A stretch of DNA of 64,000 nt from Nymphaea colorata (GCF_008831285.2 NC_045138.2:18538001-18602000), one strand, 5' to 3'; shown: positions 38,053 to 53,000, counted from the first letter of the stretch. Notes: generated by a model not told the origin, from the sequence alone. Translations and numbers: made by a program.

Positions 38053-41000
38053 GCTTCAATTCTTTATGATGCAAAAAAGGGCAGGGCACCAATATGAAAG
38101 CTGAAATATAGCAGTGAAGTCACCCCGAGACACCTAAAGCAACCTTAGAGAGATTGGGAGGAGATGCGATAGGGATGGAGAAGGTGGTGCCTTTGGCCTT
38201 CACTCGAGCAGTTGCCAATCACACAAAACTTGACCACTAGTCTTAAGAAAGGAAAATTTTTCTTTTCTCTTTTGCTGCTGTTCTTTGTAAATCATATTAT
38301 GGTTTATAGATGTCTCCTTGAATACACAAACTATTTAATTCAAGATGAGTTTAGGAAGGAAAAAGGTTTAGTAGGCTTCACTTTTGTAGCCTCTTGCTTA
38401 ACAACACGAAGCTTTTCTTAAACTTTACAGTTACAAAAATGAAGCCAACATTGAGAATTAGAATTAAAATTCATCCAAAATTATTTAGCCAGATCTCTAA
38501 GAAATTTCCCACATGGACATGCAGCTTGAAGTAAAAACAAATTAATTAATGAAATTTTCAGGAAACATTGTGTTTGAAAGAATTATATTACTACTTGAAA
38601 TTTAGAGAAAAACAACCTACAAATGATTCCTAACTATGGAGGCAAATGTGATATGGCTAGGACGGAATAAATGACCTTTAGACATTCTAGAAATAGTTAG
38701 GAATTTTATTCTCTTTAATAACTTGAAAAGGTAAATGTTCGTTCCACCTATCTCATTAAGAGGGATTATTTTTCAAAAGTTGGCATCACAATTGTTAGAA
38801 AAAATTACAATCGATCAGAAACTGTCAGAAATTGTTTGCTAGTTCTCGCCTTAATAAGTGGAAGACAATTTTAAAATTATTAAAAAAACTGATGATGACA
38901 GTATTAATTTTTGGTGTAGACTTGTCTTTTAAAAATTAATCTCTTAAGAGAGCAATTTTGGTTTTCTGCTCATATTTATTTCATAATAACAAAAATACAA
39001 GTTAAAAACTAAGGGAAAAAAGTACCTTGTAATAAAGATGGGGATATAAATGTATAGCGATTAATGATCCATTTTTGAACCCTCTAGTTGAACCTAGTAA
39101 AAACTATCCAGATTGGAGAACAAATCATGTTTGAATTTGATAGACGACTTCATAACCGATCGTATCTGGGTCTGAAATCCTAGGAACCAATCCAAATACA
39201 TACAGACGAGTCGGTTCTTATGCTGAATTTCATTTTAGGAAATAAAATTCAGATTTGAGACTGAATTTGAGTCTGACTACAGCGAAGTCAAATTTGGTAA
39301 AGGGTAGGTCCAAATCTGAATCGGAACCCCCATTGCATCTTTAAATAAAGCTAAAGCCCGGTTCATGGCTTGTACGTTTTTGGTGAAACAACTTGACCAA
39401 CAAAAATGATGTATTATTTAAATGTTGTTTTGCATAAGTAACAAATTGTTATTATCTAGTAAAACTAAACTGCTCAAAAAACTAAACTGCTTAAGCAAAT
39501 ATTGTGACATAATGTTCCATGAATTTGCCTCAAAATTTTGGGGTATAGGTGTGAACAGCCTAGTATAGGTGTGAAATGCCTTCTCAAGAAAAAGCAGCAA
39601 GATTTTCAGGTCCACCTTTCAACCTTCAAGTCAACGTGGTTCCTAATGTTAAGAAGTTTTGGCATCTGAACTTTACTCATAGGTACAATCCTCATTTTTG
39701 TTTTTGACTTGTAGGACTTGTAAAGTTGTCAATAGATCAAATATCCAACCAAACTGTTTTGAAAAAATCAGATATGAACAAAATTTAACATCAGATTAAA
39801 AAGTAAGATCAGACTCAGGTTTGAGAAATGACATCTAATCGGATTGAAATTCAGAAATATATAAATATCCGGTTGGATTCAGATCAGATTTAGTTTAAAA
39901 TAAATATCCTATAACCAAAACTCTTACATTTCTAAAATTGGTCAGATTCGGGTTTGGATATGAATGTAAAAGCTTCTGTCTTAACAGTTGGACCCTCATC
40001 CATCCATGTGGAATACCGAGTTAGTGTCCTGCAGGCTACGAACCCCCTAAGTTAGGGGACAGTAAGTGCCCTTTAGTCAAAATTTTAGCCATTTGGTCGG
40101 TTCCAATAGTCCCCTTCTAAGAATTTATCTATTGATAAACAAATTAAAACAAATTAAATACGAAGAGAAACGAACTGAATGCAGAATGTGAAGGTTATGG
40201 AACGTTATTAATTTTTTGTTAGAAAATGTTGAAAGACCGGGCGAGCCAAAGTGCTTTTGGCTCATCTGACTTCAATTTATGGTAAAGACAGCCAATTCAA
40301 TATGATGTGTTTGTCATATTATTCGCCGAGTAAGTGGTTGTGCACCACTTCTTTGCATTTGGTTGGATTTAGTTCTACATGAATACCTATATCAAACGCA
40401 CTTTATTGTGAAAGTCAGTTGGATTTGGTTTAAAGTTCAGATGTAAGTTCAAATAGCGGATTTGGATCAGATTCAGATATGGATACAACTTTTCTTCATT
40501 CCCATTTGAATCTGAACATCCAGAAAAGCATGTATGGGTATGACTACATTTTACTTTCATAAGTTTTCTCGTCAGCAAACTAAATTTGACCATAAATATG
40601 ATCATGAAATGACAATTCTTGTTAGGAAATGCTCACAGACCGACAGCAAACTAAATTCTTTCACATATTGACTTGTTTGTCGACACTGCACTAGGGCCTG
40701 CTTGGTTAGCCCAAATATCAAACAACCGAATCTTTAAAATAGAAAACTAATTTTTTCGTATGATGGTGTTTAGGTAGAGAACCAGGAAAACAAAATCCCA
40801 ACATTTTTCCAGAAAACAAAATATATATAAGTGGTTTCTTGAAAACTAGAAAAAGTTTTGATTTTTGAAAACCTGAAAACAAATGCACACCTTTCTTTCG
40901 TGTTACTAATCCTTTAAAGACTAATATTGGAATTTTTTTTTAATTTTTTGACAATATTATTTTGAAGAAATTATAAAAGACCGCTCGAAGATTAGAAAAA

Positions 41001-42138
41001 TAACAAACAAGCAAGCACCTAACTTTTGAATTACAACAACCAGACACTCAACGTTTCAATCAGCAATTGAAATTCTAGTTGTGTATGGATAAAAGGATCG
41101 GCAAATCATTAAATTAGAAGAAAAATAACTATATATTGGAGGGAAGACGATTAATGAACAAGTTGAGATCTTGTTCTATCTCTTATCATCCGAGAACCCG
41201 AAATGCGCGAGATGGGAAGGTGATATTAACGATAAAATGAAATTAAATTCAAATTTCAAAGGATCGGTGGAGCACACGGACGTGAAGGAAACTTCGAGAC
41301 TGGAAGAGGAAAGTAACCGTCTCTTCTTGAAGTATATTGCTTCAAGAAAAAGGTAACCGTCTGTTGCATCTCCCGCTTTCCCGCGCTTCCAGCCCTCTAC
41401 CTCCGCGATCGCTCGCTCTCCTGCCAGCGCTCTCCAGCCGGCGGCCTCCATCACCACCGTCGTGCTCCGAAGGTAAATGCCTCTTCTCTCTCTCTCTCTC
41501 TCTCTCTCTACTTTGCGTTGGCCATGGGCCCATGGAGAGGGAAGAAGGCTTGCTCCGGAAGGGAATGGGTCGGGGGGAACTGTGGCCCTAGGCAGCGTTG
41601 CCAAATCCATCAGTTATTGTCGATATTGATCTTGACGTCTTTTTGCATCTCAGAGAACTGCTCTAGAGCCAGGGGGCGCTGTCAAAGAAGAAAGAGGGAG
41701 AAGGAGAAAGAACATGATCATTGAATCTTTTGAGTCTTTGTGAATGTTGGGTTTCTCGTGCAAGCGACAGCGACACATAGGAAGGCATATAGGAATCATG
41801 TGACCCTAGACAGCTTGCTGGATCACTCTCTCCATCTACCTCACCGCCCGTCGGAGTAGCAGATTGATCCCCTTGCCTTTCGCCTCCCTACCGTTTGGAC
41901 CTTATATCTTATCAACGTTGTTTTCCTTCCTATCGTTGTTCCATCTGACGCTTTCTGGGGTTTCAATACTTTGACCGAATATGTTTTGCATGAGAAAACT
42001 CACTTTTCTAGGTAAGTAATCTCTCTCGTTTGCTTTTCTTCTCTCCTTTCTTTCTAGGGTTTACTTCACTAGAAACATGTCGATTGGTGTTTTATCTGAG
42101 TCTCTCTCTACGTTTTGTGTACTTTGGCACAGAGAACG

Positions 42139-42222
42139 ATGCAAGGGGGAAGACGAGGTTGAGCCGCCGGCCGTCGATCAACTCGTTGGACGACGGATGC
42201 CTTATGCACATCTTCAGTTTCT
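42139..42222 (+). pseudogene. SKIP5-like F-box first-exon fragment (frameshifted copy)
   Basis: SINSLDDGCLMHIFSF matches the F-box start of plant SKIP5 as I recall it. One G fewer than copy 2 after the ATG. Confidence 0.75.
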
Positions 42223-42616
42223 CGTTTCAGTCTTTGTGGATGTTGGGGTTCTCGTGAGGGCGATAGCGGCACATAGGGAGGCATATACGAATCATGTGGC
42301 CCTAGACAGCTTGCGGGATCATCCTCTCCATCTACCTCACCGCCCGTCGGAGTGGCAGATTGATCACCGTGCCTTTCACCTCCCTACTGTTTGGACCTCA
42401 TATCTGATCAACGTTGCTTTCCTTCCTATCGTTGTTCTATCTAACGCTGTTTCAATACTTTGACCTAATCAGTTTTCTAGGTAATTTATCTCTCTCGATT
42501 GCTTTTTCTTCTCTCCTTGCTTTCTAGGGTTTCCTTCACTAAAAATATAAAAACATGTCAATCTGCGTTTTATCTGAGTCTCTCTCTACGCTTTGTGTAT
42601 TTTGACACAGAGAACG

Positions 42617-42719
42617 ATGGAAGGGGGGAAGACGAAGCTGAGCTGCCGGCCGTCAATCATCAACTCATTGGACGACGGGCACCTTATGCACATCTTCAGT
42701 TTCTTCCCTCCACTCTCTG
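42617..42719 (+). pseudogene. SKIP5-like F-box first-exon fragment with splice donor
   Basis: MEGGKTKLSCRPSIINSLDDGHLMHIFSFFPPLS followed by GT at 42720. Downstream SKIP5 exons (DRYNTALVCHRW) not seen. Confidence 0.75.
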
Positions 42720-44361
42720 GTACTTTATTGCTCTCGACTTACCTTTGTTTTTCTTTTCTTTTTTTCTTTTCTTTTTTTGCCTTTCTCTTTTCTAGGGTTT
42801 GGTATTCCATGTTCAGAATGATGGTCGACTTGCCTCTTATGTGGGTCTAAGTTTTTGTGGTGACTCTAATTCCAATCGTTGATTTAGCTAAGTAGTTATC
42901 AAGTGAAACGTGGGCTTTTAATAGTCAATGAGCATGATCGAACTTGGGGATAGCACATATTTGGAGCCATGAACCATTAATTTGTTATTAAAATGCAGCA
43001 GGACATGCCCCTACATCAACATCTCAAGCAAAATATACTTACATTGCAATTAAATTGTTTGTCTCTTCTTATGTGAAAAATTAGGTGAAAACACGGGAAC
43101 CCTAGGGTTAGACTCTTTAAGCCTCTTGAAAAAATGGTTGTCATTCAGATACTAGATTGCTGGAGCAAGTTCTTAGCAGCTTGAATGATCTGATCCCTTG
43201 AAGATTTTTATAATCTCTAATTAGCTTGGAGTGGGTGTCTGAACAGTTGCATAGAGGGGAGGCCTGTCTTGCAAATGGAGTATTTTGCTATCGATAGTTT
43301 TCTCTTCTTTAGTCTTCAGTAAGGAATGACCTTCGGCTGATGTTGCCTCCTAGTTTCTGTCTTTCAATCTAATATGTAATATGGGGAACATACCATTTTT
43401 CCTTCATTAAAAGGAGGAAAGGGATCCAGCCATTAAGGCTGGAAGGAATCAGACTAACCTCCAATTTTTGTTTGTATGTATCATGAAAAATATATCCAGA
43501 GAAAACACAATGGACTATGGAGCTTATACATGTATACATGAAGCAAGACATAAATGACCAAATGAAATTGCTATGCTGCAAACATTTTCACTTTTAATTG
43601 GACCTAGGAGCCTTTTCTTTTTTCTTTTTGCAAATGAACATATGAATTTTTCATAAGCCTTATATTTGTCTGTTACCAAACCAAGTTTTGGCCTCAAACA
43701 ACAAATGCACTCTGATGGAGTTAAGAGAATTACTCAACTAATTTTTAGTTCAAATTACAAATAGATATACACAGATGGATGCAACACAGGCACCTGGACT
43801 TGGTGGATGTAGATGAGCTCATCAAACTGCTTTAATTGTTATAAGTAGCTGCTTGCTAATATAATCCATCAAATGAGCACTGACTTCAGAAGTGACAGGT
43901 TCTTTGTCATGATGAGCTAATGCAGTTAGAATATAGAATGGTGAGAACCTAACTATTTTCTTTTTTTTTTTGTAACTTAATAGAACCTTCATAATCTAAA
44001 TAGACAAACTTTAGACACTCTCCACATAGTGACTATCAAGTTTCTACCTAACAATTTATGGTCAAAGTTTTCCGATGATTCCACCACATATTGGAGATAT
44101 TTGTTTTTGTCTATCTGGTCATATTTTATTTACTGCCTAGATTGTTGTAGTTTCAAAAGTGTTTTATGGTTTTTGCTATGCATTGCTATGCTAGGGAAGT
44201 TGTCCTATACTACACTGTCAGTTTGTTTTGGTACCTGTTCTTTCTATTGCTTATTGTATCTTCCCGTCTAGTGTATAACTGTATGTATATCTTTTTTTTT
44301 TTTTGTCGATGTGTATATTTTTATTTCCTCAAAACTGATGCTTCCATTGTTCTTTTAGCAG

Positions 44362-44760
44362 TTAGATGTTGTTGCACCAATATTAGCAGGCTTGGAGAGA
44401 CCAATTGCAGTTGCTCAAGTAAATGCTGACAAATGCAGGCATCTTGCTTCAAAATTTGATGGCGAGTATGATGCTTCAAACCTATTGTTCATTACTGTTC
44501 TCAGCTGTTTTCATATTAAAATAGTTTCTTCTTCGTGTTCTAGATCTTTTTCTGAATTTTATGTCATCAAAGAATTTCCCTGCTTTGAGGGACTGAGTTA
44601 TTTGCATTGTTTTAGAGATTAGATCGAGGACAGGAATGACTGCATCTAAAAAGTTTTCTTGTAATGCAGTGGGTTTCCAACTCTCAAGTTTTTTATTCAT
44701 GGTGTGCCAGTGGATTATACTGGTCCAAGCCGGTCAGAGTTGCGTGTTGAGGGCTGCTAG
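44362..44760 (+). pseudogene. PDIL5-2-like protein disulfide isomerase fragment (two internal exons: 44362-44465, 44670-~44730)
   Basis: LDVVAPILAGLERPIAVAQVNADKCRHLASKFDG-D-GFPTLKFFIHGVPVDYTGP joined in frame by GT-AG intron 44466-44669. This is the thioredoxin domain just after CGHC. The active-site exon is missing and a stop follows at 44758. Confidence 0.85.
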
Positions 44761-46239
44761 TTGACCTCCTTATTCAGGTTAGAGGATTTATTTTGCTTTA
44801 TTTAGTACAATTATACAGATATTAGTAGTTTGCAGATCACCATAAAGTGGTATGGTAGCGGTTACAACTTTCTTTTGTCTTTTAGACCAAAGAAAATACT
44901 ATATCATATACAAGGTTAGTAACTAAAACGGTTATGCTGCTAGCTCTCAATCTGAAAATGCTTTCAACTGCTTTTGTAGTTATATATCTTAGTGTTATTG
45001 ATTGCAGTTAACTTTTTCATTTTTACTGCGTGACCATTTGTTTGTTATTGTTGGTTGTTCATGCATCTTACGCTTTTGTTGTTTCATGAGCCGTTGAGGG
45101 ATAGTTGGTGACACAGCAGCTGCGTTATCATTGTTAATGCATGACTAATTGTGATAGTTAATAGCAATGAGTGCACCCTTCATTCCGTCATTATTTTTAA
45201 TGGTGCCATTCTTGATGAAGAGTTAGCATCACTGATGACATTTATGGAAGCATGTTGTACAACACTAAATGTCATTTTCTTGTAGTGAAGTTTTTTAAAT
45301 GTTTGACAAGTGTCATAAATATTTAGAAACCTTGTGTATTTTGATATGGTTTCTTGAACATAGGTAAACACTTTTTAAAACTTCTTTATAAAATTTTGGT
45401 AACTTTATTGTTGCTTCATACAATTTTATAGAAATTTTTAAAATTAATTTTTCACATTTATTAAAAAAAGTTGAAAGTAACAAATTGTTTATATAGATTT
45501 TGGCAAAGTCTTGTGCACATTTTTATGCTCATGAAACATTTTTGTTCTTTTAGTTTTTCATGATTCTTTTAACCAATGTTTGCAAGCTTTTTTTAATCTC
45601 GTAGTTTTTTTTTTCGAATTACCATGGACATCTTTGATGACTTAAACCGATGATCATATATTATTATCTTGGATGACAATTTCCATATTTTTCTGAATAA
45701 GTACCTCTCTAATTTCTTTTTATATTTGTACATAGTTTCCCAAACATATTTGTTGACCCTTCTCACCCAAAATACCGTGATTATCAAAGATTGTTACTGT
45801 CATGTTGGATTTTTTTACAAAGATTCAAATGTTCTCTAACATAAACATTTGATGAACTTTCATGCGACAAAACAAAGTTTTTTTTTTTTTCAAATTTATT
45901 GCTATTTAAATGGCTTGCACAAGTTCTCATAGAAGTTTGAAAAGTGTTGTCAATTTTTTACAAATTTTCATGCATCATTATGTGGTTTGATGAACACTTG
46001 CGTAACATTTTTGAAAATTATATATCCAGATTTTAAACATTTTTATTGCCTTCATGATTCTAATTGAACTACAAGTTTTCGTGCATCATTAAAAGAAGAA
46101 TGTTTGAACAAGTTGAAGCGAATTCATTACATAATTTTTGATAGACGCTTTTGGACATTTATAGACTGATGGAAAACAATGGTTTTTTATTATATTTTTA
46201 TGTCTTTCTTGATAGATGTTGGTTGCTTAAGGAAATTTG

Positions 46240-47043
46240 AGAAAAGTTAGTAGTTAGTGTAGAAGTAATTAATAGTTGGGTCGCGTCTTATGCCTATGCA
46301 AACCCTATTAATGACCATATAAATGTGTAGGGTGTGGTGATACCCAAGAGGGCTACAGTTAATTAGAAGTCAATGCCCTTGGATGCTTAACCCTAATTAA
46401 AGGAGTTGAGAGTTATTGGGTAGTCTTAATTCTTGTTTGTCATCGTTTCCATCTAGGAGAGAAAAGGTAGTCCACTGCTAGCATTGGGCCTCAAAGCAGA
46501 TTGAAGAAGATCGAAAATCTGTGGTTGTGTGGATGGAAGTGGTTGAGAAGCAATACAACAAATTGATGAGTGTTTCGCCACTATAGATCAACATGTACAA
46601 TCTATGATTGCAAAACAACCATCTTAGGTTCTCTTACCAAACAACACCAGACCTCTTAGGTTGTTGGGAACTAAACCCCATTGCTAACAACCGAGTTAAT
46701 TACAAACTTGGAAATGCCTAAGATAGAGATTCCAAGGTTGTCAGGCGACGACCCCTCCCAATTGGGTCTTTCCTGCTGAGCAATTTTTTGACTATCAAGG
46801 GGTTGCTTTGGAAAGAAGGGGTTGCTCATGCTGATGCTGTAGTGCATATGGAGGGCACAAGGATACATTGGTATCATTGGTTGGTGGCTCAACAATGTTG
46901 TCCTTCATGGAACCTGTATGGAGAAGACGTAAACTTTGCATTTTGGCTCAGCTACTTACATTGGCTACAATGTGGAGCATTCTAAAATGAGGCAGAAATG
47001 GCTCAATCAAGAATATCAAGCTAAGTTCGAAGAACATAGTAAT
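46240..47043 (+). mobile_element. Degenerate Ty3/gypsy 5' remnant (LTR end, PBS-like site, gag)
   Basis: Frameshifted MPKIEIPRLSGDDP / NWVFPAEQFFDYQ / VHMEGTRIHWYHWL / KMRQ...QEYQAKFEE, typical of retrotransposon gag. Degenerate PBS-like TTGGGCCTCAAAGC at ~46484 after ...GCTAGCA. Left boundary uncertain. Confidence 0.78.
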
Positions 47044-47044
47044 G

Positions 47045-50000
47045 ATGGAAGTTCAACCATTTTAGATCATGGGACCACCGATCTAGACTCACAACAGATC
47101 AGATAAGGCCATTGACTGAAGCTTAACAATATCTATATCAAACACGACCACTGATCGTAGTTCAACAATATTAAGATCAGATTAGACCACTAATCGAAGT
47201 TCAACAATATAGAGATCAAATATGACCTCCGATCAATGTTCAACAATATTCAGATTAGATAAGACTACTGAATGAAGTTCTACAATATTCAGATTAGACA
47301 AGACCACTGATCGAAGCTCAACAATATTTAGATCAGATATGACCACTGATTGTAGCTCAATAATATTCGGATCAGATATGACCACTGATCGAAGTGCAAC
47401 AATATTTAGATTAGATAAGACCACTAATTGTAGCTCAACAATATTCGGATCAGACAGGACCACTGATCAAAGTTGTACAATATTCAGATCAGACAATACC
47501 ACTGATCGAAGTTCAACAATATTCAGATAAAATAAGACCACTGATCGAAGTTCAACTATATTCGGATCAGACAAGACCACTCATCGAAGTTCTAGAATAT
47601 TCAAATCAAACAAGACCATTGACTTAAGTTCAACAATATTTAGATCAGATAAGACCTCTGATCGTAGTTCAACAATATTCACTTCAAATACGACCACTGA
47701 TCGAAGTTCAACTATATTTTGATTAGATAAGACCACTGATCGAAGTCCAACAACATGCAGATTAGATAAGGTAGCTGATTGAAGTTCCACAATATTCAGA
47801 TCTGATAAGACCACTAATCGAAGTTCTACAACATTCAGATCACATATGATCACTGATCGAAATTCAACAATAATCATATCAAACAAGACCACAGATCGAA
47901 GTTCTACAATATTCAGATCAGACAAGACCACTGATCAAAGTTCAATAATATTCAGATCACATAAAACCACTTATTGAAGTTCAACCATATTCAGATCAGA
48001 CAAGACCACTGATCGAAGTTCTACAATATTCAGATCAAACACCATTGATCGAAGTTCAACAATATTAAGATCAGATAAGACCTCTGATCGTAGTTCAACA
48101 ATATTCCCATCATATAGAACCATTGATCGAAGTCCAACTACATTCTGATTAGATAAGACCACTGATCGAAATCCAACGCCATTTAGATTATATGCGGTAG
48201 TTGATCGAAGTTCCACAATGTTCAGATCAGATAAGACCACTGATTGAAGTTCATCTATATTCGGATCAGACAAGACCACTGATCGAAGTTCTACAATATT
48301 GTCTGATCTGATAAGACCAGTGATAGAAGTTCTAAAACATTCAGATCACATATGACCACTTATAGAAGTTCAACAATATTCCGATCAGACAAGACCACTG
48401 ATCGAAGTTCTACGATATTCAGATCAGACAAGACCACTGATCGAAGTTCAACAATATTCAGATCAGACAAGACCACTGATCGATGTTCAACAATATTCAG
48501 ATCACATAAGTCCACCGATCGAAGTTCAACTATATTCGGATAAGACAAGACCACTGATCGAAGTTCTACAATATTCAGATCAAACAAGACCATTGATCGA
48601 AGTTCAACAATATTTAGATCAGATAAGACCTTTGATCGTAATTCTACAATATTTGCTTCAGATAAGACCATGGAACGAAGTTCAACTATATTCTGATTAG
48701 ATATGACCACTGATCGAAGTCCAACAACATTCAGATTAAATCAGGTACCTGATCGAAGTTCTACAGTATTTAGGTCAAGCAAGACCATTGATTGAAGTTC
48801 ATTAATATTTAGATCAGATAAGAGTCATAAGACCGCTGATCGTAGTTCAACATTATTCGCATCGGATAGGACCACTGGTCGAAGTTCAACTATATTCTGA
48901 TTAGATAAGACCACTTATCGAAGTCCAACAACATTCAGATTAGATAAGGTAGCTGATCGAAGTTCCACAATATTCAAATCTAATAAGGCCATTGATCGAA
49001 GTTCAACTATATTCGGATAAGACAAGACCACTGATCGAAGTTCTACAATATTCAGATCAAACAAGACCATTAATCGAAGTTTGAACAATATTTAGTTCAG
49101 ATAAGACCTCTTATCGTAATTCAACAATATTCGCTTCAAATAAGACCATTGATCGAAGTTCAACTATATTCTAACTAGATAAGACCACTGATCGAAAGCC
49201 GACAACATTCAGATTAGATAAGGTTGTTGATCGAAGTTCCACAATATTCATGTCTGATAAGAGTACCAATGATATAAGTTCTACAACATTCAGATCACAT
49301 ATGACTATTGATTGAAGTTCTACAATATTCCGATCAAACAAGACCGCTGATCGAAGTTCTATAATATTCAGATCAGACAAGACCACTGATCGAAGTTCAA
49401 CAATATTCAGGTCAAACAAGATCACTGATCGAAGTTCAACAATATTCAGATCAAACAAGACCACTGATCGAAGTTCAACGATATTCATATCACATAAAAC
49501 CTCCGATCAAAGTTCAACTATTTTCGGATCAGACAAGACCACTGATCGAAGTTTTACAATATTCAGATCAAACAAGACCATTGATCGAAGTTCAACATTA
49601 TTTGGATCGGATAAGACCTCTGATCGTAATTCAACAAATTTGCTTCAGATAAGACCATTGATCGAAGTTCAACTATATTATGATTAGATAAGACCACTGA
49701 TCGAAGTTCAACAACATTCAGATTAGATAAGGTAGCTGATCGAAGTTCCATAATATTCAGATCCGATAAGACCAGTGATAGAAGTTTTACAACATTCAGA
49801 TCACATATGACCACTGATCGAAGTTCAACAATATTCCGATCAGACAAGACCACTGATCGCTGTTAAACAGTATTCTGATCAGACAAGACCACTGGTCGAA
49901 GTTCAACGATATTTAGATCAGATAAGACCACTGATCGAAGTTTATCTATATTCAGATCGGACATGACCACTGATCGAAGTTCTACAATATTTAGGTCAAG

Positions 50001-53000
50001 CAAGACCATTGAACGAAGTTCAACAATATTCAGATCAGATAAGACCTCTGATCGTAGTTCAACAATATTCGTATCGGATAGGACCACTGGTCGAAGTTCA
50101 ACTATATTTTGATTAGATAAGACCACTTATCGAAGTCCAACAACATTCAGATTAGATAAGGTAGCTGATCGAAGTTCCACAATATTCCAATCTGATAAGT
50201 CCACTGATCGAAGTTCAACTATATGCGGATCAGACAAGACCACTGATCGAAGTTCTACAATATTCAGATCAAACAAGACCATTGATCGAAGTTCAACAAT
50301 ATTTAGATCAAACAAGACCACTGATCGAAGTTCAACGATATTCATATCACATAAAACCTCCGATCAAAGTTCAACTATTTTCGGATCAGACAAGACCACT
50401 GATCGAAGTTTTACAATATTCAGATCAAACAAGACCATTGATCGAAGTTCAACATTATTTGGATTAGATAAGACCTCTGATCGTAATTCAACAAATTTGC
50501 TTCAGATAAGACCATTGATCGAAGTTCAACTATATTATGATTAGATAAGACCACTGATCGAAGTTCAACAACATTCAGATTAGATAAGGTAGCTGATCGA
50601 AGTTCCATAATATTCAGATCCGATAAGACCAGTGATAGAAGTTTTACAACATTCAGATCACATATGACCACTGATCGAAGTTCAACAATATTCCGATCAG
50701 ACAAGACCACTGATCGCTGTTAAACAGTATTCTGATCAGACAAGACCACTGGTCGAAGTTCAACGATATTTAGATCAGATAAGACCACTGATCGAAGTTT
50801 ATCTATATTCAGATCGGACATGACCACTGATCGAAGTTCTACAATATTTAGGTCAAGCAAGACCATTGAACGAAGTTCAACAATATTTAGATCAGATAAG
50901 ACCTCTGATCGTAGTTCAACAATATTCGTATCGGATAGGACCACTGGTCGAAGTTCAACTATATTTTGATTAGATAAGACCACTTATCGAAGTCCAACAA
51001 CATTCAGATTAGATAAGGTAGCTGATCGAAGTTCCACAATATTCCAATCTGATAAGTCCACTGATCGAAGTTCAACTATATGCGGATCAGACAAGACCAC
51101 TGATCGAAGTTCTACAATATTCAGATCAAACAAGACCATTGATCGAAGTTCAACAATATTTAGATCAAACAAGACCACTGATCGAAGTTCAACGATATTC
51201 ATATCACATAAAACCTCCGATCAAAGTTCAACTATTTTCGGATCAGACAAGACCACTGATCGAAGTTTTACGATATTCAGATCAAACAAGACCATTGATC
51301 GAAGTTCAACGTTATTTGGATCAGATAAGACCTCTGATCGTAATTCAACAAATTCGCTTCAGATAAGACCATTGATCGAAGTTCAACTATATTATGATTA
51401 GATAAGACCACTGATCGAAGTCCAACAACATTCAGATTAGATAAGGTAGCTGATCGAAGTTCCATTATATTCAGATCCGATAAGACCAGTGATAGAAGTT
51501 TTACAACATTCAGATCACATATGACCACTGATCGAATTTCAACAATATTCCGATCAGACAAGACCACTGATCGCAGTTAAACAGTATTCTGATCAGACAA
51601 GACCACTGGTCGAAGTTCAACGATATTTAGATCAGATAAGACCACTGATCGAAGTTTATCTATATTCAGATCGGACATGACCACTGATCGAAGTTCTACA
51701 ATATTTAGGTCAAGCAAGACCATTGAACGAAGTTCAACAATATTTAGATCAGATAAGACCTCTGATCGTAGTTCAACAATATTCGTATCAGATAGGACCA
51801 CTGGTCGAAGTTCAACTATATTTTGATTAGATAAGACCACTTATCGAAGTCCAACAACATTCAGATTAGATAAGGTAGCTGATCGAAGTTCCACAATATT
51901 CCAATCTGATAAGTCCACTGATCGAAGTTCAACTATATGCGGATCAGACAAGACCACTGATCGAAGTTCTACAATATTCAGATCAAACAAGACCATTGAT
52001 CGAAGTTCAACAATATTTAGATCAAATAAGACCTCTGATCGTAGTTCAACAACATTCAGATTAGATAAGGTAGCTGATCGAAGTTCCACAATATTCAAAT
52101 CTGATAAGGCCATTGATCGAAGTTCAACTATATTCGGATAAGACAAGACCACTGATCGAAAGCCGACAACATTCAGATTAGATAAGGTTGTTGATCGAAG
52201 TTCCACAATATTCATGTCTGATAAGAGTCCCAATGATAGAAGTTCTACAACATTCAGATCACATATGACTATTGATTGAAGTTCAACAATATTCCGATCA
52301 AACAAGACCGCTGATCGAAGTTCTATAATATTCAGATCAGACAAGACCACTGATCGAAGTTCAACAATATTCAGGTCAAACAAGATCACTGATCGAAGTT
52401 CAACCATATTCAGATCAAACAAGACCACTGATCGAAGTTCAACGATATTCAGATCACATAAAACCTCCGATCAAAGTTCAACTATTTTCGGATCAGACAA
52501 GACCACTGATCGAAGTTTTACAATATTCAGATCAAACAAGACCATTGATTGAAGTTCAACATTCTTTGGATCAGATAAGACCTCTGATCGTAATTCAACA
52601 AATTTGCTTCAGATAAGACCATTGATCGAAGTTCAACTATATTATGATTAGATAAGACCACTGATCGAAGTCCAACAACATTCAGATTAGATAAGGTAGC
52701 TGATCGAAGTTCCATAATATTCAGATCCGATAAGACCAGTGATAGAAGTTTTACAACATTCAGATCACATATGACCACTGATCGAAGTTCAACAATATTC
52801 AGGTCAAACAAGATCACTGATCGAAGTTCAACAATATTCAGATCAAACAAGACCACTGATCGAAGTTCAACGATATTCAGATCACATAAAACCTCCGATC
52901 AAAGTTCAACTATTTTCGGATCAGACAAGACCACTGATCGAAGTTTTACGATATTCAGATCAAACAAGACCATTGATCGAAGTTCAACATTATTTGGATC

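Larger units (their letters stand above)
41733..42720 (+). repeat. Diverged tandem duplication, period ~496 bp
   Basis: AGTCTTTGTG at 41733 and 42229 begin collinear copies, each ending in an F-box exon fragment. Confidence 0.85.
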
